Positions 21,897 through 31,603 of a DNA stretch of 42,253 bases are shown here, piece after piece. Each line of letters starts with the position of its first letter. Position 1 is the first letter of the stretch. The DNA is from Basidiobolus meristosporus CBS 931.73 (lineage: Eukaryota; Fungi; Basidiobolomycota). Under the pieces are notes generated by a model. That model did no database searches and was not told the origin of the DNA. It saw only the letters and a list, made by a program, of their open reading frames with translations. The DNA lies in the NCBI GenBank assembly GCA_002104905.1, contig MCFE01000720.1, forward strand, positions 1 through 42,253, given 5' to 3'. The translations under genes and the position numbers were made by a program.

Positions 21897-23127
21897 ATGA
21901 GTTACAGAGATTTGAACCCGTCGTTGCGCACTATCATGACCCCCGGCCCGGTGGAGACAGAGCCCAGAGTGTTGAGAGCTTTGTCCACCCCCACCTGTAG
22001 GACAATTCGACCCCGAGTTCACCAAGATTATGGATGAGACTATGGAGATGCTTCGGAAACTTTTCCAAACCGAAAACAAATGGGCATTCCCGGTAGATGG
22101 AACTTCCAGAGCGGGGCTGGAGGCAGTTCTCTGCAGTATCATCGAGCAAGGAGACGTGGTGCTTGTCCCCATCTACGGTCGCTTCGGTCACTTGCTCACC
22201 GAGATTGCCCAACGTTATGGTGCGGAGGTTGTGAACATGGAAACCTCTTGGGGACAGGTGTTCGACCCTGCTGAGGTGATTCAAGAGATCGAGCGAGTAA
22301 AGCCCAAGATTGTTGCCATGGTTCATGGGGAAACCTCCACTGGGTGCATGCAACCTCTGAAAGAAATCGGCGAGGCATGCCGGGAAAAAGATATCCTCTT
22401 TGTCGTGGATGCGGTCGCGTCCATCGGTGGTGTAGACGTTCGTGTGGACGAATGGAAGATCGACGCCTGTATTGGTGGCACTCAAAAATGCCTCTCTGCC
22501 CCTTCTGGAATGGCACCAATCACCTTCAACTCCAGGGTTGAAGCTCTCTTGCTCCAACGCAAAAACATAGAGCAGGGATTGGCCGAACAGAAGGCTAGCG
22601 AGGCGGTGAGAAGCAGAATCATCCGTAGTAACTACTTCGACCTTAGCCAGTTGATGGATTATTGGAGCCCCACTCGCCTGAATCACCACACAGAAGCAAC
22701 CTCAATGCTCTACGCTCTGCGCGAAAGTTTAAGAATCGTGCTTGAGGAAGGATTGGAGGAGAGATTCGCCAGACACAGGTTCCACGAAAGGGCTCTCGTA
22801 AAGGGACTCCAGGCGATGGGTTTGGAGCTTTATGGAGACTCCCGGTCCAAGCTTCCGGTGGTTACTTGCATCAGCATCCCCGAGGGCATCGACGGGGAAT
22901 CTGTACGTTCCATGCTTCTTCGTGACTTTGAAATTGAAATCGCCAGCTCGTTTGGCCCACTAAAAGGGAAGATCTGGAGAATTGGTGCCATGGGTTTCAG
23001 CTGCAGGAAGAAGAATATCCTAAGTGTATTGGCCGCATTGGAGGCAGTCCTTGTTCGACACGGGGCAAAGATAAACCCTTCCAAGGGCGTACAGGCCGCA
23101 CTGGATGTGTACCAGGAAATAGCTTAA
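21897..23127 (+). CDS. pucG: PucG-like (S)-ureidoglycine-glyoxylate / class-V PLP aminotransferase with a +1 frameshift near 21996 (possible pseudogene or sequence error)
   Basis: MSYRDLNPSLRTIMTPGPVE..PRVLRA.STP in one frame, then VGQFDPEFTKIMDETMEML in the +1 frame. Motifs VHGETSTG, VDAVAS, GTQKCLS (PLP Lys), RLNHHTEAT, IEIASSFGPL.GKIWRIG. Intronless. Confidence 0.88.
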
Positions 23128-23480
23128 ACATGTCGATACTTTGCTTTATCCCCCAGGGAAGTTCAACCCCTCCAACATTCTCATTTTGTCCACCAATAAA
23201 CAGTTTTGCATCATCATTGTTTCAATTGATGTGGCATATCGAATGATAATCTCAGAGGACTAGATTCATAGCTCTCTATGCATAACTAAGCTGATATGCA
23301 ATGATCGTATTTTGACTCCAAGCTGTTGAGATACTTGTGAATGTTGCCCGAATCCTTTCAGAAACTTTGGTAGCGTTGCATAAGGTATAATTATCCATTT
23401 AATCTGATGGTAATCTGCTTTCATCTTGTTGCAAAGTGCTTTGTATTGCTCACGACTTGAGAGGTCCAATACAAAGCAGG

Positions 23481-23914
23481 TGTTGCAAGTGTTTTGGAGA
23501 TTTCGGAAGTGATTGAGCGAACTAGTAGATTGTATGGCACTTATTCTATTACAAACACGTAGAATGTGTTATGTGATGTAAATTTCGTAATTACACCTAA
23601 ATAGTCACTTGACTTGGTCACTCAGATCATAGTCTACAAATCATAGAGAGTTCTGGCTAAATTCCTTGTCAGGGTTTACTTAATTTACATGTTCTGGGTA
23701 CTGATACTTTGATGGAATATTTTAAGTTATTCAAACAGCTCCAAACCTTGCACACGTGTTCTTGGGACATCCTAAACTTATTCTGTTTGTTTGTTTTTCC
23801 AAGGCCATGTAATAGTATAAACACTACTTTTATATTTGGTATATCATTAAGTGAAAACCACACAATCCACCTGTTCTCTCAGTCACTTCCAATATCTCCA
23901 AAACTCTTATTTCA
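23481..23914. mobile_element. Degenerate Copia LTR fragments (inverted piece 23481-~23565; forward copy 23574-23914)
   Basis: Recognisable LTR blocks (gaaaaccac..atccac, aatatctccaaaactctt); decayed termini; no TSD. Confidence 0.7.
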
Positions 23915-24036
23915 AAGCCCACATTCAGAAATACACGAGTAATAGGTTGTATACATGTAGGGATTATTGCAGGTAATCTGTGCTGCTAAATTTTGGAAGC
24001 AATTAAAATACTTACACACTGTATAGTATTTGTTGC

Positions 24037-24368
24037 TGTTGTAAAAATTCGGAATTCCACCTATATGTTCACCTAACTTAGTCACTTAGATCATCACCTT
24101 CAAATCCTAGAGAATACTGACCAGATTCCTTGTTGGGATTTCCTTAGAGTATTTACCCAGAACATGAAAATTAGATAAGTTATCCAAGCAGCCCCAAACT
24201 TTGCACACATGTTCTTGGGACCTTCCTTAACCTATTCTACGTGTTTGTAATGCCAAGACCATGTAAAAGTACAAACACTACTTTTACATTCAATAAATCA
24301 TTAAGTGAAAACCACATAACCTACTTGTCCTCCCAATCACTTCCAATATCTCCAAGACTCTTACAACA
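24037..24368 (+). mobile_element. Solo LTR (332 bp) with TSD GTTGC
   Basis: TGTTGTAA...TTACAACA; GTTGC at 24032-24036 and 24369-24373. Confidence 0.92.
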
Positions 24369-24443
24369 GTTGCAAGATTCTAGGGAGTATTAGAGGAGAT
24401 TTGGAGAACTAGAAGTATTACATGATACTTGTTTTACAGAGCT

Positions 24444-24645
24444 TGTTGTAAGATTTTTGGAGATATTTGAAGTGATTGGGAGAATAAGTAGATTATGTGG
24501 TTTTCACCTATTGATTGATTCAATGTAAAGTAGTATTTATACTTTTACATGCTCTTAGCAAAACAAACACGTATAATATGTTTAGAAGGCCCCAAGAGCA
24601 TGGGTGAAAAGTTTTAGCTGTTTGGACACTCTATCCATCTCTAAT
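24444..24645 (-). mobile_element. Truncated inverted LTR copy
   Basis: TGTTGTAAGATTTTTGGAGATATT is the reverse complement of the LTR 3' end; the 5' half is missing. Confidence 0.75.
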
Positions 24646-24785
24646 GCTAACAAGGCAAGACAAACATGTGTACATGTGGACAAAAATCAAGACCTTTGAG
24701 CAACTAAGGCTAATATCATGCTCTGCATACCTGACATCATGGAGAGAGTATTCTCCGTCTATGAACGTGATCAATGACTAATTTC

Positions 24786-25135
24786 TGTTGTAAAAATTCG
24801 TAATTGCACCTAAATATTCACCTAACCTAGTCACTTAGATCATTACCTACAATTTTTAGAGAATTCTGAGCAAATTTCTTGTTGGGATTTACTTAGAGTA
24901 TTTTCATCAAAATATCAGGTACCCAGAACATGAGATTTTGACAAGTTGTCCAAACAGTATCCAAACTTTGCACACATCTTTTTGGGACCTTCCTAAACAT
25001 ATTATACATGTTTGTTTTACAAAGAGCATGTAAAAGTATAAACGCAACTTCTACATTCAATATATCAATAAGTGAAAACCACATAATCTACTTCTTCTCC
25101 CAATCACTGCCAATATCTCCAAAACTCTTACAACA
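24786..25135 (+). mobile_element. Solo LTR (350 bp) with TSD ATTTC
   Basis: TGTTGTAA...TTACAACA; ATTTC at 24781-24785 and 25136-25140. Confidence 0.92.
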
Positions 25136-25140
25136 ATTTC

Positions 25141-25750
25141 TTTGTTGAGATTTACAGAGTCAATGTAATAAATAGGCGTGAGCACAAGAGTTTCCTTTTA
25201 GAACTTTACCATTCTGGCAATGGGTATGATTTAAAGAGTCTTGGCAAGTGTGAGGTTGTTAATACCAGTTAAAATCTTCAAACCACTTGTAGGATTTAGT
25301 CAATATTGTACCCAGCTACATAAATAGCTCTATACTTAGCAGATGATATTGGCATAGTATCTATCTTACTCCTTCCAACTACCAGCAAGATAACCTTATT
25401 CATGCTAAACCCAATTATATTGTTGCTGGTCTAAATAGAGTTGGAAAGCAAAGTCCTGTAGTCAAACTGGTATCCTATGTTGCTGTTGCTTGTCCTCCAA
25501 ATGCATGTAGTTTGATAGTGGTACCAAACTCCATCTAAGGTGTATGGCCCATAACTTATGGAAAGCGATGGCAAGGCTTCATATTTCGCTTGTGAAGAGC
25601 ACAAATTGGAGTCCAAAGATGCATTTGGGGCTAGGAGGTGATGGGTAAAAGTGGAGTATATACATCACAATTCTGAATGATTGGTGAAAGATCATACAAA
25701 ATCAAACCCACTCGATTGGGAGGCCTTTTCAATATCCACCCCTGATTCAG
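25141..25750 (-). mobile_element. Possible highly decayed Copia RT/RNase H remnant
   Basis: CpG-poor. Broken frames give IKLHAFGGQATAT*DTSLTTGLCF and ISSAKYRAI, faintly like the L.GYSDADWA...STTGY.F and SS.EAEY.A motifs. Weak. Confidence 0.3.
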
Positions 25751-26651
25751 AATGGTATGCAGCCCATAGAGATGACTAAGAGGGGTAGCCTTTGTGGAAG
25801 GTTACCGAATGGAATTCAGGGGGTTACGAGGAAATCATTCGGCTCAACCATTCCGAATTTCTTCAGAATTGGCGGTAAGTTCCAAATCGATTTAGTGTCC
25901 ACACTCGAACAATGTGGTGTGAGGTTTAATCCACAGCTGTACCGCTTATTTTCAATAAACTCATCGGCAACCGAAACCTTCTCATCACGTGATCGGACGC
26001 CCTTCCATTGGCGACCATACGTGCGCGGATAAAAAGGCCGTGGGACACCCACTTGCCATTCATTATAATAAACCCAAACCTTCCCCCGGTTATGAGCCAA
26101 TCCAATCCAACTCACACGCCAACCGAATGAACAATCTCGGAGCAACTATTTCCCGCAAACGCATTTTCACACACCTCCTGCGGACAGGCGTTTCCGTGTG
26201 TGTCACCGCGCGCTCCACCCAATCTTGATCTGAATAGTGATGATCGTGGTTTGTTTCTCAAACCTGCTAATATATATGGCTCAATGGTCCTATGACAATG
26301 GGCGGTTTCATAGATGTACCGAAATCAAGCTGATGATGTTTGTCCGGGTAAAGACTTCTATTGCTGCGTAGAAGGGTGGGGATGGCTATCGCGAGGACCT
26401 TGAAAAGATCTCACACTTTAGCTGACCGCTCGTGTATTCGCATTTTTCGGCGAGTCTATCTTGGAGTAATCTGACGCTCGGGAAAGGGGCGAGTGGATTG
26501 GCCACTCCCGCACAAAGGTAACGTGGTGGCTTATGAAGTAAACAAAGAATGAAAGCATCAAGTAATACAGTGACTCCAGGGTTTTATTACTACGTTAAAT
26601 GGGTTCTAAGTCATGTATAATATACATTGGAATTACGGCAATTTACAATAT

Positions 26652-28086
26652 TCAGGGGCATAATGTGGAGGGCTTCTCCTGGGTGATTTCCTCATCCTCA
26701 GCTTTACTGGGTAGCTGTTGCGGATGGTGGCCCCTCAAGCTGGTATCATTGGCGACGTAGTTGGCAATTGCAGCCACGATTGCCATGGCAAGAGTGGCAT
26801 ACCACATTCTGGTGTAGCTTTTGCGTACATCGTATTCCAGACCGCCGATATAGGCCCCACAGAATGCACCAATTTGGTGACCTACAAAGGTAATGGAGGA
26901 CATGGTTCCAAGATACCGGTGACCGTAAACATCGCCTACGAACTTGGTGGTGGCCGGGACCGTTGAGAGCCACAGGAACCCGAAGATCGCTGAGAAGGAA
27001 AAGACACTGGCCAAGGACAACGGAACGAATATAAAGATGGCCAGAATAATAGCCCGTAGCGAATAGATTCCAGCCAAGATGTATTTAGGTCGATAACTGG
27101 TACACAAATAGCCCACTAGTACTGTGCCAATCATGGAGCCAAATCCAAGTACCGACACCGTCCATGCTGAAACAGAGCTATCTATGCCTTGGCCAACCAG
27201 ATACGCAGGAAGATGCGTGGCAATAAAGCTGACATGAAATCCACACACACTGTACCCGAGGATGATTAGCCAGAAAGTGAGCGATGAGAATCCTTCCTTG
27301 AGAGCCGCGCCAATCGTCTGGGGCTCGTTTGATATGACCGCTTCCTTAAATCCATCTGGATCGTGCTGCTCTTCGCTCTGCCTCACAGACTTTGGGGCTG
27401 GTTCTTGGGAGACTGGCTCTACAGTTTGTAAGAAGAAAGCAAACGGGCTGACAGCCACAGACAGTATCCCTGAAGCGAGGAAAGAATGGAATTAGCCGTT
27501 GGTTGAGGACAAGGCCAGGAGTAGCCAGAGATTTACCAAGGATGAGCAAGGTGGTTTTCCATCCGATGTTATGGATCATGACGTTCGACACTGGCAAAAA
27601 GAAGCCTTGGCCAAAACTACCAAAGGCAGAGACTATCCCGAAGGCCAACGATTGTTTCTTGCTTCCGCGGACAAAGCGTCGACCGATGGATGCCAGAATG
27701 TTTGGGAAGCTATTTCCACCTGCCGCTCCTCCCACAATGATCCCCATAGCAAAGATAAAGAGGCCAGATTGACTGGGGGAGCACAGCTGCATCACGATGC
27801 ATCCGATGCCGTAGATGATGGAGCTGAAGAAAATGGTTTTGCCAAAGCCGATGTACCGTTCGGAAAGGTACACCAGAAATGGTTGGGAGCATCCCCAGAA
27901 CAGCTGCAGTAGAGCAGCAGCAATTGAGAATGTAGATCGACTCCAACCGTAGTCCTGCGTGATGGGGATGAGGTAAAGACCAAAGCTTTGGCGCACGCCA
28001 AATGAGATCCACAGGATCATCATGCCAGCAAAACAGGAGATTGTCGGTGACAGGGTTAGCTTTTCGATGAATGGTGGTGTCCTCAT
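26652..28086 (-). CDS. MFS transporter (MFS_1, bacterial-like subtype), exons 28086-27537 and 27469-26652
   Basis: 455 aa with many hydrophobic TM segments; FGVRQSFGLY, FWLIILGYSVCGFHVSFIATHLPAYL, FGFLWLSTVP.T, GHQIGAFCGAYIGG; 67-nt GT-AG intron. Confidence 0.93.
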
Positions 28087-29547
28087 TGTTTCATAGGTTA
28101 ATCGGAAAAGTCAGAGTCGATTTGCGGCGAACGTGCCACTTAAATAAGATTTTTTTTTAATTAGTAAGCAGTGACTATACCGTTTTTCTTTCTCAGGGTG
28201 ATGCTCCTATTGTATGCTAAACGAGTCATAATAAGTGGTGTTACGATCCATTTTGTTTCTGAACCAAAACGCGTGGGCTTTATTTTTACTTTGACGATGC
28301 AAAAGTAAACTCTAATGTGACGCCATAAGGTGCCACCATGGGTGGGAGTGCTACAAAGTAAATTGCCTCTGCGCAATAGGGATGGTGTCACAAGGATATT
28401 TGAATGTTGCTGGTATTGGTTGTTCTCACTGGAGGCCACTTTGCCTAATAAAGAAGCTAGCCACGTCTTGACATGATTGAAAAGTGTACTCAAAATGAGC
28501 CGTCCTAACTTATAGTATAATATGCTCTTGACACATTGCTTAAAATTTGTGCATCAAAACGCAAAGGGTGAAGTTTTGGGGTCTTCGAACCATTATGCTC
28601 ACATGTTTCTTCAATCAACATTTTATAGAATACACTCCAATTAGTGGAAGAAATAAGGACTCAAGAATGAACTACTGTAACCACTGTACGTCCCTTAGAG
28701 TTGCTTTTGCTAGCACAGAGCTTTTATTGGTCTTTTCTTCATTCTGTTCTTTGCAAAATACACTCTAAAGTCCCTCCTTATAGTATTCCACCTGATATGG
28801 TAAAAACTGAGTGATGTGTTGCCATGAGCATGGGAATAATACTTGGCTGCACTCACAATCCATGCTGAGGTTTAAGACACCAAGGTTAAAGACTCCAGCC
28901 AGCTGTACAAGGATAATAGCCAATTTTCTTTAATATACATTACACAGTCTCACTAATACTACATTTATGTAAAGGCTCAATAACGCATGTGACATAGAGC
29001 AAGAAGTGCTATTCTTTATGAGACATGGAGGCGTAACTGGTTATGTGTTTGGTCTCCTGGTTTTAAATCAAACCCAGGTAAGTAGACTTAAACAAGCTTT
29101 GCAACAGGAGAGAGCTTTGAGGGATGCCTATCTTCTATGGGGGGTGTCAATTTAGAATTCTCAGTACACTCCAGTATCCTGTGTTTCCAGCGATCAGTCA
29201 GTTTTGTAAAAAAAAGGTTTACGTAGAATACTTTTGACCGGGGTGTCTGACACTCAGAAAACAATATCACTTACCAATAATTCAATGACTGATAATTATC
29301 CGTATGCTGAAGATTTTGTCAGCCGTCAGTGACTTTTGGCACCAGCTGGTAGAAATAAATAGTCATATGTAACTGCAGTACATTCGCACTGTTTAGTGCC
29401 ACCAAACCCAATTGGGGAGGAGCAAATCTCCAATAGATAAGTTGCCTTAATCACAAAGATCTCTGAGCAGTAAAATAGTATATGTGATGGACAGGCAGAT
29501 CCAGATCAATAGAGCATGACTTGGCGAAGTATGAGGCTGTAGAGCTA

Positions 29548-29990
29548 TTAGTAGTCACAGCGTTGTTTGACCTGTTGAATGTCAATGAAATTGGAAAATA
29601 GGTCAACATAGCTTTCGGCATATTGATCGTAAACCTTGACCCAGTTCTGAACGCATTCTGTGCATAATTTATCATCTGGCACATCAGAGAGATCTTCGTG
29701 AATTTGCAGATCTTTTCCTTCCACCAAGAGACAGTATTCTTGCTGGGAATTTTAGGTGACACTCGAGCGCAATAAGTGGCTCATAGTTCATAGGCTTTGT
29801 GACCCAAGAATCAATGGCTTGGCAAGAAAATACCTGAGGGATTGTAATTTATCGTGTTCAGGTAAACAATATCGCAATAATATCGCAATAATATCGCAAT
29901 TGTAAGACATTACCGTTTGATTATGGCCTGTGATATAGTTCAGATGAAAACAAAAGTATACTGGTGAGAACACACAGATATAGATTGCTT
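29548..29990 (-). pseudogene. Probable decayed gene for a small Cys-containing secreted protein
   Basis: Frames SCQAIDSWVTKPMNYEPLIALECH / (frameshift) / NSQQEYCLLVEG..DVPDDKLCTECVQNWVKVY..QRCDY*. Upstream IKAIYICVFS looks like a signal peptide lacking ATG. Confidence 0.35.
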
Positions 29991-30154
29991 TTATGATATT
30001 CCGAATACTCTACTAGCAACAAAGTCTGCGGGAAGCTCTGTGCGTGTTTCAAGAATGTACCACCACAATAAATATGAGATCTCTTGGAAATTCATTGGTC
30101 AGATATCCTAATATCCTTGTGTTTATTTCAACCGGGTATGTTCGGTGTTTTCTC

Positions 30155-31603
30155 CTAGTGCAAGGGAATGCTTCGGGCAAATTGGAAAACATTTTTGGGA
30201 TCGTATTTGTTCTTGATATGAACTAGTCTATCGAAGTTATCCCCATAGTAGATCTTCTTCCAGTCCTTTTCGTCGTTGTCAACGTAGTTTTGGTAGCCTT
30301 GGGGGAAGTCTGGATGAAGCGTGTTATAAATTTCATGTAGCCAAGGAAGACGTGTAGCATTGAAGACGCCGATTTGGATGCTAGAAATGGTATTGCGGTG
30401 GACAAAGGAGGTGGCATGGGTCGAGTGTCTGCCAACTTGTCCCCCTTGCATATCAAACATGATGAAGGCCTGATTGTCAACCGATTTCATAATGTCATAG
30501 ACTTTGTTGGCCACTTCTTTGGTCACCGGCTTCACCAAATAGCCTGATTTAGCCTTGAAATAGCTCTTGACTGATCTCCGTTGGGTTTTGGCCAAATCAT
30601 CAACCGCCATATGAGGACCGTTGGTAGCAAAATATAGGAACGATTCGGGTAAAGTCATCTTTTGGTTAGTGATCAGCGAGGTCTTGGGGAGTTTATCGAT
30701 AATTTCCTGGAACAATTGTTTTTGCTTCGTCGGATTGCCTGTTAAGATGGTTCCCGATACTCGAATTGCTCCGCCAGGTAAGATATGGAAAATTCCAGTA
30801 ACTTCCCTGGGTGGGTTACTAGCAAACCATTCTTGAACCCCAATAAGCACGTCACTGAAGTTCCCTGGACTAGTAGGATAAGTGAGTGAGAAGACTGGGA
30901 ACTTGCTAGGTGCGTGGAAATAACGGAATTGGAACTTTGTCACAATGCCGTACGAGCTATGACCTGCACCCAATAGAGCCCAGAACAAGTCTTTGTTCTT
31001 CTTTTTACTAGCAACGACGACATCCCCAGTAGCGGTAACCACCTCCATGGACTCCACTCTATCCAGCATCAGCCCATGAAGACGACTGTACAAGCCGTAG
31101 CCACCACCTAGGGTATGCCCGCCCACTCCGATCTCTGGCTCGCTGCCATGTGGGAGACCCACATTACGCTCTTTCCACAAGAAGTGCAAGAGCCTGCCTA
31201 CCAATTGGCCGGCTTCAACGGAAACAGTACGATTGTTATCGTCAAATTTGGTCTCGTGCATGTTGACCAAATCAACGACCATCTTGCCATCTTCCCCTCC
31301 AAGTCCATAGCCCTCATAATCATGACCGCCGCTGCGAGCGACTACCTTAAGATTGGTTTTACTCGCACATCTCACTGCAAGCGCTACATCGTGAGTGCTT
31401 GTAGGGCGTACGATAACGGCTGGAGAAACCTCGGAGAGTCTGTCATTCCAGTTGAATCTTGCCTGGTCGTATCCGGTATATCCCGGAAGGAATACCTTAT
31501 GGTGAATCTTATGTAAGCATCGGGCTATATCAGCAGAAAGTAGCGATTTGGCCAGACTGCCGGAAGCGGAGAGAAAAAGGAGCAAAGCGCTGGCTGCTTT
31601 CAT
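30155..31603 (-). CDS. Secreted FAD-linked oxidase, berberine-bridge-enzyme / AA7-like
   Basis: Signal peptide; PAVIVRP, VVARSGGHDYEG (FAD His), GVGGHTLGGGYG, DLFWALLGAG..YGIVT, C-terminal YQNY and KYDP.NVF; intronless. Confidence 0.93.
   Translation of the reverse strand: MKAASALLLFLSASGSLAKSLLSADIARCLHKIHHKVFLPGYTGYDQARFNWNDRLSEVSPAVIVRPTSTHDVALAVRCASKTNLKVVARSGGHDYEGYGLGGEDGKMVVDLVNMHETKFDDNNRTVSVEAGQLVGRLLHFLWKERNVGLPHGSEPEIGVGGHTLGGGYGLYSRLHGLMLDRVESMEVVTATGDVVVASKKKNKDLFWALLGAGHSSYGIVTKFQFRYFHAPSKFPVFSLTYPTSPGNFSDVLIGVQEWFASNPPREVTGIFHILPGGAIRVSGTILTGNPTKQKQLFQEIIDKLPKTSLITNQKMTLPESFLYFATNGPHMAVDDLAKTQRRSVKSYFKAKSGYLVKPVTKEVANKVYDIMKSVDNQAFIMFDMQGGQVGRHSTHATSFVHRNTISSIQIGVFNATRLPWLHEIYNTLHPDFPQGYQNYVDNDEKDWKKIYYGDNFDRLVHIKNKYDPKNVFQFARSIPLH

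Noticed and set aside
21934-22689. 251-aa minus-strand ORF
   Set aside because: Antisense to the PucG-like gene; no independent motifs.
25757-26228. GC-richer segment with short ORFs and a GGCGACCATAC 5S-like word
   Set aside because: No coherent 5S rRNA structure or protein motif; probably an ordinary intergenic region or relic.
28161-28493. 110-aa minus-strand ORF upstream of the MFS gene
   Set aside because: No motif, AT-rich, overlaps the likely MFS promoter.
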